Source of the DNA: an uncultured Gammaproteobacteria bacterium
Lineage (GTDB): Bacteria > Patescibacteriota > Patescibacteriia > Patescibacteriales > UBA12465
Assembly (NCBI GenBank): GCA_964470695.1
Contig: CAYYDR010000002.1
Location: forward strand, 200,401 to 264,400
Length of the DNA stretch: 64,000 bases
Direction of reading: 5' to 3'
Below are positions 1-9,550 of this stretch, one piece after another; position 1 is the stretch's first letter, and each line of letters opens with the position of its first letter. The notes under the pieces were generated by a model. The model did no database searches, was not told where the DNA came from, and saw only the letters and a list, made by a program, of their open reading frames with translations. A program made the position numbers and the translations under genes.

Positions 1-1
1 G

Positions 2-3000
2 GGAACTTATACCATTGATGCTTATGGCGCTTCGGGCGGACAGGGAACGAGTTATACGCAATATGCTTTTGGTAAGGGGGCGCGCATGAAGGGAGACTTC
101 TTTTTGTATGCTGGGGAGGTTATTAGAATTTTAGTTGGTCAGCAGGGTCCGAGCGGAACTCATGATGGCGGTGGAGGTGGTGGAACTTTTATAGTTAGAC
201 AGATGGGCTCAATCCCTATGGTTGTAGCGGGCGGCGGCGGCGGAGCGAGTTATAGTGGGGCTGGTGCTGATGCGGTTACTACGACTAGTGGTACAGCTGG
301 TCCGCAGGGCGGAACGGGCGGAACAGCGGGCGGCGGCGGAACATCGGCGGGGCATGCCGGTGCCGGGGCTGGTTTTACTACTAATGGTGGCAACGGTCCC
401 TCTAGTGGCAGTAGTTGTAATGGCGGCATTTCTTATATTAATGGCGGCAATGGTGGTTGCGCTGCTTCTACGGCGACGGGCGGTTTTGGTGGTGGCGGTG
501 GCACCCATGGATCAGGCTGGGGCGGCGGTGGTGGTGGTGGATATTCTGGTGGTGGCGCCTCTACTAGCAGTCAATATGGTGGCGGTGGTGGCGGTTCTTA
601 TAATGCTGGTACTAATCAGACTAATACCGCCGGCACTAGAACCGGACATGGCCAGGTTTTTATTACTTCGCCTGGTGGCGATGTTACCATAGTCTCTTAT
701 GGTGATGCTGCTAAGTTTACAGGCAATGTTTCTTTGATTGGCGGTATTAAGCTAGGTGATCCAGGGGCTGGTTGTAATTCTCAACTAGAGGGTGGTATAA
801 AATATTCTACTTCTACTAAATCTTTTTTAGGCTGTAACGGAGCAAATTGGTCCGGCTTTGTCAGCGGCAATACTACCCCTGATGCTTTTTCTTTTGTTAC
901 CCAGACTGGTTTAAATGCCGCAACGACTACCATATCTAATATAGTTCAGATTAATGGCATTATTTCTGTGGCCGCTTCGGCTAGCGGACCGGGTTCACCT
1001 CAGATTAGGGTTTGTACTGATGCTAGCTGCTCTAATGTTACTACTGATTGGACTACGGCCGCCTCAGTTTTAAACGGCCGGTATATACAGGCTAAACAGC
1101 TTAGCTCTAGCCAGAGTTTAGGCACCAATGCAGCTCTAATAGCAGTCGGTTCAAGTGTGGCTAGTTGGCAAGTGACAACCGCCAACACCACGCCAAATCC
1201 CTTTATTTTAACTGCGGCCGTACCCCAGACTTATAATAATAGTTCTACTGGTCAAACTGGTACTATCCAAACTTGGACAGTGCCTACTACTGGCACTTAT
1301 AGTATTGAAGCTTATGGCGCATCGGGCGGACAGGGAACGAGTTATACGCAATATGCTTTTGGTAAAGGGGCGCGTATGAAAGGTGATTTTGTTTTAACGG
1401 CTGGACATGTTATTAAAATTTTAGTCGGCCAGCAAGGACCTAGTGGTTCTAATGATGGTGGTGGTGGTGGTGGAACATATGTCGTTAATGAAACTACTGG
1501 GACATTGTTATTAGCAGCGGGTGGTGGTGGTGGTGCGAGTTATAGCGGCCCGGGCGCTGATGCAGTAACCGGCACCAGCGGTACAGATGGCGTGCAGGGT
1601 GGGGCGGGCGGCACAGGCGGTAACGGCGGCACCTCAATCGGTTGTGCGGGAGCGGGAGCCGGATATAATAGTAACGGTGGCAATGGCCCATCTTGTGGTA
1701 GTTGTGGCGGCGGCGTTCGTTACGCGGGCGGCGGAAACGGGGGTACTTGCGGTTATGCCACTACGGGCGGCTTCGGCGGCGGCGGCGGTACTCATGGCGG
1801 CGGCTGGGGCGGCGGCGGCGGTGGCGGATATTCGGGTGGTGGCGCCTCTACTAGTAGCCAATATGGCGGCGGCGGCGGCGGTTCTTATAATGGCGGAACT
1901 AATCAATCTAATACGGCTGGCAATAATACTGGTCATGGAAAAGTCATTGTCACTGGTTCTAGTGGCGCTTTGTATCCTTTAAATACTTTAGTAAGTTCAA
2001 ATGTAGCACAAGTTACTGGTTTGACTGTTAATTCGTTAGTATTTTTAGCCGGTAGTGGTACGCCTCAATATAGACTTTGTAGTAATTCGGATTGTTCTAG
2101 TGTGTCTAGAGATTGGGGAACCACAACAGCCCCTATTGCTAATAATACTTTTTTACAAGTAAAAGCTTATAGTCCTAGTGCTTCTAATTCTACGACGACG
2201 GCTTTAGTTAGTATTGGGACCTCTACCACCCCATTTAATATTAATACGGGAAGCGATTTTGTGAACGCTTTTACTATTGCTAATACTACTAATGCTTATT
2301 TAAATTCCATTGTTTCTTCCACTCCGGTTCAGATTACTGGCAATACTGTCCCGGCCGGTATAGTTGTTACGGGATCTGGCTCGCCAACAGTTAGAATTTG
2401 TACTGACGCTGCTTGTAATAATCTGGTTGGCAATAATACTTATAATAATACCTCTACCGGTTATACGGGCACCATTCAGACATGGACAGTTCCGGTTACA
2501 GGAACTTATATTATTGAAACTTGGGGAGCAGAAGGCGGTAAGGCGACCAGTTATACTTATAACGGCGGCAAAGGGGCGCGCATGAGAGGTGAATTTTCTT
2601 TAACGGCTGGCGAAGTAATTAAAATTTTAGTTGGCCAAAAGGGTGGCGCTTATTCTAATGAAGCGATGGGCGGCGGCGGAACTTTTGTGGTTAAACAGAA
2701 TGGTAATGTGCCTTTAATTATAGCGGGCGGCGGCGGGGGATCATCCGGAAATAATGCTACTTATAGTACTGGTATGGATGCTTCTATTACGACCAGCAGT
2801 ACCGCTAGTCAGAATAATACTTGCGCCGGTGTCGCTGGTCCAAATGGTGGCAGTGCTTGTTCAAATGCTGGTTCTGGAGCGGGATTCAGTGGTAATGGGC
2901 AAGCTGGCTCTGTAAGTAGAATAGCCTATGCTTATACTAATGGTGGTAACGGAGCTGACACCGGTGAAAATTATACTGGCTATGGCGCTGGTGCGAGCGG

Positions 3001-4258
3001 CGGTTTCGGCGGCGGCGGGGGTTCCCATGGTGGGGCTAGTTATGGCGGTGGCGGGGGCGGGGGTTATGCGGGAGGAAGCGCCTATACTAGTTATTATGGT
3101 GGCGGCGGCGGAGGCTCTTATAACGCTGGCACTAATCAGTCTAATAGCGCCGGCGTCCAGACCGGCCATGGAAAAGTTGTTATTACTATGCCGAATTTAG
3201 CTCTTTCTTCTGGTCAGTATATTCAAGTTTTAGTTAATGCTGCCAAGGCGGCTAGTACTCCGACTACGGCGACGGTTACAGTTGGCTCGGGCGCACCCGT
3301 TACTTATACAGTGACAACCGGGACTGGCTCAGCAACGGCTTTTAGTTTTACCGATCAGACTGGAGTTTTAAAAAATACGGTTATCTCTTCAAACATAATT
3401 CCTATAACTAGTACGACTATAGTTGGGGCCACAGTAAGCGGAGCGGGGTCTCCCCAGCTTAGGATTTGTAGTACCAGTGATTGTTCTGCAGTAGTAAAGG
3501 ATTGGAGTGCGGCGGCTGACATTTCTAGTGGTCAATATTTACAAGTTAGGATGACTAGCTCTTTATCTGATTTAACAGCCATTATTACTAATGTTTATGT
3601 TGGTGATAAATCATCAAATTGGAGCGTTACTACTTTAACGCAAATTAGTCCGACCGGATTATCTTTAACACATAGCGCTAATTATAAATATTTCACTATC
3701 AATTGGACGGCTGGTACTGGTAACGGCGGGGCGGGCAGTTGTAAATTGCAGTTTATGGATCAGAACGTTTCTGGTACTTGGAAAGATATTGCTGGCACTT
3801 CTTTAAATTGTGACACTAATGTGTCTGGCCAAACTATTTATTTGCCAGAAGATTTTACTAGTAGTTGGACCAGTACTCATCAAGTTAGAATATATGTAAA
3901 TAATATTGCTCAGTCTGGAGGTACTTTTCCGCAGACTATTTCCTGTACTTCCCAGGGTCCTTCTTATTATAATCCTAGCCCTAATATTGATGAAAATTGC
4001 AACGGTAAGTTTGATGATCAAATAGAGTGGTATCAAAATACTTATCAGTGCTCTGACCAGGGGAATATTTGTGCTCATATGTGGACTTCAAATAGTACTG
4101 AAAATTGTGGTACTCAAGAGGGCGATTGGGGCGGCGGTTGCTACAGTTCTCTTAACTGTTACTATTGGTATGCGGGCCACTCTTATGGCACCTTTGCCGA
4201 GAGCCCTAGTTATGCTAATAACTGTATCTGGGATGAGTGGGTTTATTATTATTACTAA
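2..4258 (+). CDS. Giant secreted/surface protein with at least 3 ALK/LTK-type glycine-rich domains (GRD, Pfam Gly_rich-like); 5' end cut by the window edge
   Basis: Frame 2 is open from base 2. Bases 2-85 encode GTYTIDAYGASGGQGTSYTQYAFGKGAR, the same module as at 1292-1375. There are three copies of TGTY.IE..GA.GG...GKGARM.G.F.L.AG..I.ILVGQ.G...GGGGGT(F/Y)VV...AGGGGG...GFGGGGG.HGG.WGGGGGGGYSGG...GHGKV.IT, interleaved with ~95-aa Cys-pair beta-type modules. The Cys-rich tail ends in YYYY. Confidence 0.8.
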   Translation, partial: GTYTIDAYGASGGQGTSYTQYAFGKGARMKGDFFLYAGEVIRILVGQQGPSGTHDGGGGGGTFIVRQMGSIPMVVAGGGGGASYSGAGADAVTTTSGTAGPQGGTGGTAGGGGTSAGHAGAGAGFTTNGGNGPSSGSSCNGGISYINGGNGGCAASTATGGFGGGGGTHGSGWGGGGGGGYSGGGASTSSQYGGGGGGSYNAGTNQTNTAGTRTGHGQVFITSPGGDVTIVSYGDAAKFTGNVSLIGGIKLGDPGAGCNSQLEGGIKYSTSTKSFLGCNGANWSGFVSGNTTPDAFSFVTQTGLNAATTTISNIVQINGIISVAASASGPGSPQIRVCTDASCSNVTTDWTTAASVLNGRYIQAKQLSSSQSLGTNAALIAVGSSVASWQVTTANTTPNPFILTAAVPQTYNNSSTGQTGTIQTWTVPTTGTYSIEAYGASGGQGTSYTQYAFGKGARMKGDFVLTAGHVIKILVGQQGPSGSNDGGGGGGTYVVNETTGTLLLAAGGGGGASYSGPGADAVTGTSGTDGVQGGAGGTGGNGGTSIGCAGAGAGYNSNGGNGPSCGSCGGGVRYAGGGNGGTCGYATTGGFGGGGGTHGGGWGGGGGGGYSGGGASTSSQYGGGGGGSYNGGTNQSNTAGNNTGHGKVIVTGSSGALYPLNTLVSSNVAQVTGLTVNSLVFLAGSGTPQYRLCSNSDCSSVSRDWGTTTAPIANNTFLQVKAYSPSASNSTTTALVSIGTSTTPFNINTGSDFVNAFTIANTTNAYLNSIVSSTPVQITGNTVPAGIVVTGSGSPTVRICTDAACNNLVGNNTYNNTSTGYTGTIQTWTVPVTGTYIIETWGAEGGKATSYTYNGGKGARMRGEFSLTAGEVIKILVGQKGGAYSNEAMGGGGTFVVKQNGNVPLIIAGGGGGSSGNNATYSTGMDASITTSSTASQNNTCAGVAGPNGGSACSNAGSGAGFSGNGQAGSVSRIAYAYTNGGNGADTGENYTGYGAGASGGFGGGGGSHGGASYGGGGGGGYAGGSAYTSYYGGGGGGSYNAGTNQSNSAGVQTGHGKVVITMPNLALSSGQYIQVLVNAAKAASTPTTATVTVGSGAPVTYTVTTGTGSATAFSFTDQTGVLKNTVISSNIIPITSTTIVGATVSGAGSPQLRICSTSDCSAVVKDWSAAADISSGQYLQVRMTSSLSDLTAIITNVYVGDKSSNWSVTTLTQISPTGLSLTHSANYKYFTINWTAGTGNGGAGSCKLQFMDQNVSGTWKDIAGTSLNCDTNVSGQTIYLPEDFTSSWTSTHQVRIYVNNIAQSGGTFPQTISCTSQGPSYYNPSPNIDENCNGKFDDQIEWYQNTYQCSDQGNICAHMWTSNSTENCGTQEGDWGGGCYSSLNCYYWYAGHSYGTFAESPSYANNCIWDEWVYYYY
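21..75 (+). repeat. Intragenic near-identical DNA repeat; partner at 1311-1365
   Basis: Bases 32-75 are identical to 1322-1365 (44 nt, tcgggcggacagggaacgagttatacgcaatatgcttttggtaa). This reflects recent duplication or gene conversion between GRD copies. Confidence 0.9.
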
Positions 4259-4263
4259 TTTCT

Positions 4264-4866
4264 ATGGTGAAACAGAAAATAATTTTATTAGTCTCAGCCC
4301 TTAGCTTATTATTAGTTGGTTTTATTTTGGCGCTCAGTCTCGGTAAAGGGGGTAATGATAGGGGTTTGGAGGCTTTAGAATTGGCCGCTAATCCGCCAGT
4401 TACCTATACTAAAACCCCCGTTGTTGAATCAACGGTTGAATTAGTGCCGCCCTATGTTCCCGAGAAAAACATAGAGCCGACTCCGCCACCTATTCCCGAA
4501 GGAGCCAAACTTAACAGCCGTTTTGTTCTGGCTCCGACTAAGCCAGCAGAATCAGTTACTGATCCTATTACTGGCCAGATGACTAAAATTATCAATATTA
4601 ATGTTAATGAAAATATATCGCCCGATAAGATTTATTTAAGTAAAGGCGATTTGGTTAGTTTAAAAATTAATAATCAGCAGTTATCTACTCTGACTTTGGT
4701 GAGTAATGATAAAACCAGAATGAGCGATATGGAAATAGCGCCTGGAGAATCTAAAACGGTTGTTTATGATACTCTAAAAACCAGTGATTTATTTTTGATT
4801 TGTCAGACTTGCGTTCCGCCTAAGCCTTTAAATATTAAAATTTTAGTCGGCGGCGCTCCGAAATAA
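4264..4866 (+). CDS. Small N-terminally membrane-anchored protein with a degenerate cupredoxin-like C-terminal domain (partner of GRD protein 1)
   Basis: The ATG at 4264 is 5 nt after the upstream stop; I prefer it over the ORF-track start 4237, which overlaps the GRD gene. Features are TM helix MVKQKIILLVSALSLLLVGFILAL, a Pro-rich linker, and a beta-rich C-terminus with a CQTCVPP motif. It is a paralog of 8893-9507. Confidence 0.7.
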   Translation: MVKQKIILLVSALSLLLVGFILALSLGKGGNDRGLEALELAANPPVTYTKTPVVESTVELVPPYVPEKNIEPTPPPIPEGAKLNSRFVLAPTKPAESVTDPITGQMTKIININVNENISPDKIYLSKGDLVSLKINNQQLSTLTLVSNDKTRMSDMEIAPGESKTVVYDTLKTSDLFLICQTCVPPKPLNIKILVGGAPK

Positions 4867-4872
4867 TTTTTT

Positions 4873-7800
4873 ATGTCTAAAAGATTTACCATCACTATCA
4901 TTTCCTGTCTCGCCTTTTTTGTTTTTGCTTATTATGTTGAGGCGGCCTCTTTTTATACTTGGTGGGGCAATGTCGGTATTGGTAAAATTCCGACTTCTAA
5001 CTTAGATATTATTGGCGGTAATAATTCCACGGGGGTTGTTAATGGGACCGCTCTTTGTATTGCTAGCGATTGTAAAGCTTCTTGGGCGGCTGTTTCTGGC
5101 GGCGGTTTATCGGTTGGCAGTTTGGGCCAGACTGTCAGACATAATGGAACCAGCTGGCTAGCTAGCTCTTTGCTTTTTAATACCGGCAGTAATATTGGTA
5201 TTAATACGACTAATCCCCAAGCCATTCTTGATGTATATGCGACTTCAACCCCGGGCGTTGTGCCAGGCCCTCCGGTTAGCACTACTTATAATAATAGTTC
5301 AACTGGGTATACGGGGACTATTTATACCTGGACCGTGCCGGCTACCGCGACTTATACCATTGATGCCTATGGCGCGCAGGCGGGGACGCCGACCAACTAT
5401 TCTAGTTATTACGGCGGATATGGCGCGCGCATGAAGGGCGATTTTGCTTTAACGGCTGGAGAAGTAATTAAAATTTTAGTCGGTCAGCAGGGCGGCACTT
5501 ATTCTGTAGAATCAATGGGCGGCGGCGGAACTTTTGTGGTTAAGCAGACTGGTAATGTTCCTTTAGTAGTCGCGGGCGGCGGCGGCGGATCAGCCGCTAG
5601 TGGCCGAGGATATGATGCCGTTACTACAACTAATGGTACTACTGATAGATCTGGCTCTTGCGCTGGTGGAACTGGCGGAGGCGGAGGGACGGCTTGCGGC
5701 AACGGTTCGGCTGGAGCTGGTTTTACTGGTAATGGTGGCGGCGGCGGTTGTGGGTTAGTTTCTTACTCTTATCTTAATGGCGGTAATGGTAGTAATACCG
5801 GTCAATCTTGTACTGGTTATGGTGCGGGCGCGAGCGGCGGTTTCGGCGGTGGCGGCGGTACTCATGGCGGCACTACTTGGGGCGGTGGTGGTGGCGGTGG
5901 ATATTCCGGTGGCGGTGGTGGCCAAGGTTCTTATGGCGGCGGCGGCGGCGGTTCTTATAACGCTGGGACTAACCAAACTAATACGGCCGGCGCTAATACC
6001 GGTCATGGAAAAGTTATTATTACGACCGCGGGCGCTGATGTCCCAGTTATAGTTTATGGTAAAGCAGCTACGGCGCTTGGAAATTTTAATGTGGCTGGAG
6101 GCGCCAAGATAGGAGAGCCTGGCGTTATTTGCAATTCACAGATAGAGGGCATGATTAAATACTCTTCGTCCACTAAAACTTTCATGGGTTGCGACGGTAC
6201 GTCTTGGTCGGGTTTAATTAGTGGCAATACTACTCCAGATAATTTTTCTTTTGCAACTCAGACTGGTTTAAACGTGGCCACGACCACTTTATCTAATATT
6301 GTTCAAATTAACGGCATAATTTCAGTAGCCGTTTCCACTAGCGGTTCTGGTTCACCGCAGTTTCGTACTTGCAGCAATTCCAGTTGTACGACTGTTATTT
6401 CCGATTGGGTTAGCGCTGGCTCTATTGCTAATGGTAAATATTTACAAGTTAGACAGTTGAGTTCTGACCAGAGTTTAGGAACGAACATAGCCTCTGTTGC
6501 CGTTGGAACTACTGTTGCTTCTTGGGCAATTACGACGGGTAATACAACCCCGAGCTCTTTTAGCTTTACTGTGCCGTCTCTGCAACCTTTAAATACAGTC
6601 GTTAATTCTAATATAGTTCAGATTAATGGTCTATCTATCCCTTCGTTAGTAGTTGTGGGTGGTAGTGGTAATCCTAATTTTAGGACTTGCAGTGATAGTA
6701 CTTGTTCGGCAATTTTAAGTGATTGGCGGGCGACTAGCACTACTATTAGTAATAGCAGTTATTTGCAGTTGCGGGCTTCTAGTCCCGCTACTCCTAATGC
6801 GACAACAACAGCTACCGTCAGTCTCGGAACTTCCACTGTCCCGTTTTATGTTCCTAGCGGCAGCGACTTTGTTAATCCTTTTTCTATTGCTAATACTACT
6901 AATGCTTATTTAAATGCTATTTCCTATTCAGTCCCGGTTCAAATTACTGGTAATACAGTACCCGCTGCGATAACAGTAACGGGCGGCGGTTCACCGCGGG
7001 CGAGAGCTTGTACTGATTCCGCTTGCGCGAATCCGATTGGCAATAATACTTATAACAATACCTCTACTGGTTATTATGGGTCTTATCAAAGTTGGACGGT
7101 CCCAACTACTGGAACTTATACTATTGAAGCTTGGGGGGCTGAGGGTGGGACGCCGACTAGTTATCCACAGTCTACCGGTGGCAAGGGGGCTCGCATGAGA
7201 GGAGATTTTACTTTAACGGCTGGTGAAGTTATTAGAATTTTAGTCGGCCAGCAAGGGAAGAGTGGTACTAATGATGGCGGTGGTGGAGGCGGAACATATG
7301 TTGCTAAGCAGACTGGCAATGTGCCTTTAATTGTTGCTGGCGGAGGCGGCGGCGGCGGGTATATGGCTCCTTATGGCGCTGGAATGGATGCGGTTACTGC
7401 AACTAACGGTACTAATGATAGGGCCGGTTCTTGTACGGGCGGCACTAATGGCAGTGGCGGGACTTGTTGTTCTAACGCCGCTTCAGGAGCTGGTTTTACT
7501 GGCAATGGTCAGGCTTGCTCTAACGCTTCTCACCTGCCTTATTCTTTTATCAGTGGTAATGGTTACGGTGGTGCAGGACAGTATGCTCCCTATATTGACG
7601 GCGGATTTGGCGGCGGCGGCGCGACTCATGGCGGCGGCTGGGGCGGAGCAGGCGGCGGCGGATATTCCGGTGGTGCTGGGTCTAGTGGTCAATATGGTGC
7701 CGGAGGCGGCGGTTCCTATAACTCTGGTTCTAATCAGAATAATTCTCCTGGAGTTCAGGTTGGTCATGGTAAAGTTATTATTACTATGCCTAACCCCGTT

Positions 7801-8865
7801 ATTACTTCTGGCCAATATCTTCAGGTTCTCGTTAATGCGGCAGCGACCGCTAGTACTCCGACAACAGCGACAGTTACGGTTGGCTCTTCAGCTGTTTCAG
7901 CTACTTATACTACGACTACTGGCACTGGTTCGGCGACGGCTTTCAGCTTTACAGACCAGACTAACGTCGCTAGGAGTGCTTTAATATTATCTAACATTGT
8001 CCAGATAACTAGTACGGCGATTGTCGGGGCCACTATTACTGGCTCTACAACGCCTCAGATTAGGGTCTGTGGCAATTCTAATTGTTCTAGTGTTGTGACC
8101 GATTGGACTAATGCGGCTAATATTTCTAGTGGCCAATATTTACAGGCCAGAATGAATAGCTCGGCCGTTAATTTAACGGCCGTGACGGCTAATATTGCCG
8201 TCGGTGATAAGACAGATGTTTGGAGTGTAACGACCAATCAAGTTGATCCGACTAATTTAGTTTTAACTCATACGGCTAATCGCAATACTTTTACTATTTC
8301 TTGGACGGCCGGTTTAAATAATGGCGGAGCAGGAGGATGCAAACTTCAGTTTATGGATCAAAACGTAACGGGGACCTGGAAGGATATAACCGGTGCGGCA
8401 GCCACTTTAAACTGCGATGCCGCTCTCTCTAGCCAGACCATTACTTTACCTGAGAGTTTTACTAGTAGTTGGTCGGGGACGCACCAAGTCAGAATTTTCG
8501 TAAATAATAGCGGCTTATCAGGCGGGACCTTCCCGACCGCCTTATCGTGTACTGTTACAGCCGGCTCCTATAATTCCGCTACGGCGACTATTGATGAAGA
8601 TTGTAATGGCGCCTTTGACAATACAGTTCTCTATGATTCTTATACTGAGAGTTGTAGTAATCAGAGTCTTATTTGTGTGGAAAATTATGCCTCTTATGGT
8701 GATCCTAATTGTGGCAATGTTAGCAGTTGGGGAGCATATTGCACCTCTTCTGTGCCTCCTTGTTATACCCCTTGGTATGATAATAATTCTATTGGTTACA
8801 GACAGTTATCAGAAAGCTGGGATAATGGCTGTATCTGGACGGAAAATATTTACTACTATTACTAA
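4873..8865 (+). CDS. Giant secreted protein with 2 ALK/LTK-type glycine-rich domains, paralog of 2-4258
   Basis: It has a signal-peptide-like N-terminus (FFVFAYYVEA/AS) and a fibre-like NVGIGK...NIGINTTNPQAILDV segment. GRD copies lie at ~5285-6020 and ~7045-7790. The C-terminal ~440 aa are collinear with gene 1, and the protein ends IYYYY. Confidence 0.85.
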   Translation: MSKRFTITIISCLAFFVFAYYVEAASFYTWWGNVGIGKIPTSNLDIIGGNNSTGVVNGTALCIASDCKASWAAVSGGGLSVGSLGQTVRHNGTSWLASSLLFNTGSNIGINTTNPQAILDVYATSTPGVVPGPPVSTTYNNSSTGYTGTIYTWTVPATATYTIDAYGAQAGTPTNYSSYYGGYGARMKGDFALTAGEVIKILVGQQGGTYSVESMGGGGTFVVKQTGNVPLVVAGGGGGSAASGRGYDAVTTTNGTTDRSGSCAGGTGGGGGTACGNGSAGAGFTGNGGGGGCGLVSYSYLNGGNGSNTGQSCTGYGAGASGGFGGGGGTHGGTTWGGGGGGGYSGGGGGQGSYGGGGGGSYNAGTNQTNTAGANTGHGKVIITTAGADVPVIVYGKAATALGNFNVAGGAKIGEPGVICNSQIEGMIKYSSSTKTFMGCDGTSWSGLISGNTTPDNFSFATQTGLNVATTTLSNIVQINGIISVAVSTSGSGSPQFRTCSNSSCTTVISDWVSAGSIANGKYLQVRQLSSDQSLGTNIASVAVGTTVASWAITTGNTTPSSFSFTVPSLQPLNTVVNSNIVQINGLSIPSLVVVGGSGNPNFRTCSDSTCSAILSDWRATSTTISNSSYLQLRASSPATPNATTTATVSLGTSTVPFYVPSGSDFVNPFSIANTTNAYLNAISYSVPVQITGNTVPAAITVTGGGSPRARACTDSACANPIGNNTYNNTSTGYYGSYQSWTVPTTGTYTIEAWGAEGGTPTSYPQSTGGKGARMRGDFTLTAGEVIRILVGQQGKSGTNDGGGGGGTYVAKQTGNVPLIVAGGGGGGGYMAPYGAGMDAVTATNGTNDRAGSCTGGTNGSGGTCCSNAASGAGFTGNGQACSNASHLPYSFISGNGYGGAGQYAPYIDGGFGGGGATHGGGWGGAGGGGYSGGAGSSGQYGAGGGGSYNSGSNQNNSPGVQVGHGKVIITMPNPVITSGQYLQVLVNAAATASTPTTATVTVGSSAVSATYTTTTGTGSATAFSFTDQTNVARSALILSNIVQITSTAIVGATITGSTTPQIRVCGNSNCSSVVTDWTNAANISSGQYLQARMNSSAVNLTAVTANIAVGDKTDVWSVTTNQVDPTNLVLTHTANRNTFTISWTAGLNNGGAGGCKLQFMDQNVTGTWKDITGAAATLNCDAALSSQTITLPESFTSSWSGTHQVRIFVNNSGLSGGTFPTALSCTVTAGSYNSATATIDEDCNGAFDNTVLYDSYTESCSNQSLICVENYASYGDPNCGNVSSWGAYCTSSVPPCYTPWYDNNSIGYRQLSESWDNGCIWTENIYYYY

Positions 8866-8892
8866 ACAAAAGATTTCAATAACTAGATTATT

Positions 8893-9507
8893 ATGTTTTT
8901 TCTGACAAAACAAAAAATATTATTTTTTTCATCCGGCTTAATTATTTTACTAATTGGTTTTTTTGGCGCCACTTATTTTAATAATAAATCGTTTAGTCAA
9001 ATAAACAACCAAATAAATAATCACCCGGCGGCAAATTCTTCCGCCCCCCTTCAATCCGCTTCCGACGTCGCGCTTGTTCCGCCTTATGTCCCCGAGCAAA
9101 AGACGGCTCCAGTCATTAACCCTGGTCTTAACTCGGTTTCCGCTACTCCGGCGACTGAGACAGTGACTGATGAAAAAACTGGCGAAGCTACTAAATTGAT
9201 TGATATTGTCATGAATGATAAAATTACTCCTAGCAAAATTTATCTTAATAAGAATGATAATGTTAAGTTAAATTTTATTAATCAGCAGTCTCAAGACGCG
9301 CTTCTAGTTAGTCTGAATAAAACTCGGTTAGATAATATTAAAATTGCCTCTGGAGCGGAAAAAGCCGTTTCTTATGATACGACTCTTTCTGGTGATTCAA
9401 CTTTAGTCTGTCAGACTTGCACCCCGCCTACGCCTTTATTTATTAGAGTGTTAGTCGGCCGGGCACCCAAAACATCGCCGAGTTCACCGTCCGAACCACT
9501 TAAATAA
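8893..9507 (+). CDS. Small membrane-anchored degenerate cupredoxin-like protein (partner of GRD protein 2)
   Basis: It has an N-terminal TM helix and a shared VPPYVPE linker. Its C-terminus aligns with 4264-4866 (KIYL.K.D.V.L..INQQ...CQTCTPP...VLVG.APK). Confidence 0.7.
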   Translation: MFFLTKQKILFFSSGLIILLIGFFGATYFNNKSFSQINNQINNHPAANSSAPLQSASDVALVPPYVPEQKTAPVINPGLNSVSATPATETVTDEKTGEATKLIDIVMNDKITPSKIYLNKNDNVKLNFINQQSQDALLVSLNKTRLDNIKIASGAEKAVSYDTTLSGDSTLVCQTCTPPTPLFIRVLVGRAPKTSPSSPSEPLK

Positions 9508-9550
9508 GCTGAACCACTTAAATAAAATTAATAATCTAATTTAGAATAAT

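Noticed and set aside
209-7984. Many 60-217-aa ORFs on the opposite strand or in alternate frames inside the two giant genes (for example 209-508 -, 255-692 +, 1587-1982 +, 1634-1936 -, 2861-3169 -, 5755-6006 -, 7331-7984 +, 7483-7815 -).
   Set aside because: They are by-products of long GGN/GCN-rich coding runs, which leave few stop codons in other frames. They have Ala/Arg/Thr-rich nonsense composition and no SD sequences, and they lie wholly within a well-supported long ORF.
9493-9526. A 15-bp duplication gaaccacttaaataa...gaaccacttaaataa around the stop codon of 8893-9507.
   Set aside because: It is a small local duplication with no apparent structural or coding consequence. I note it only as a possible slippage scar.
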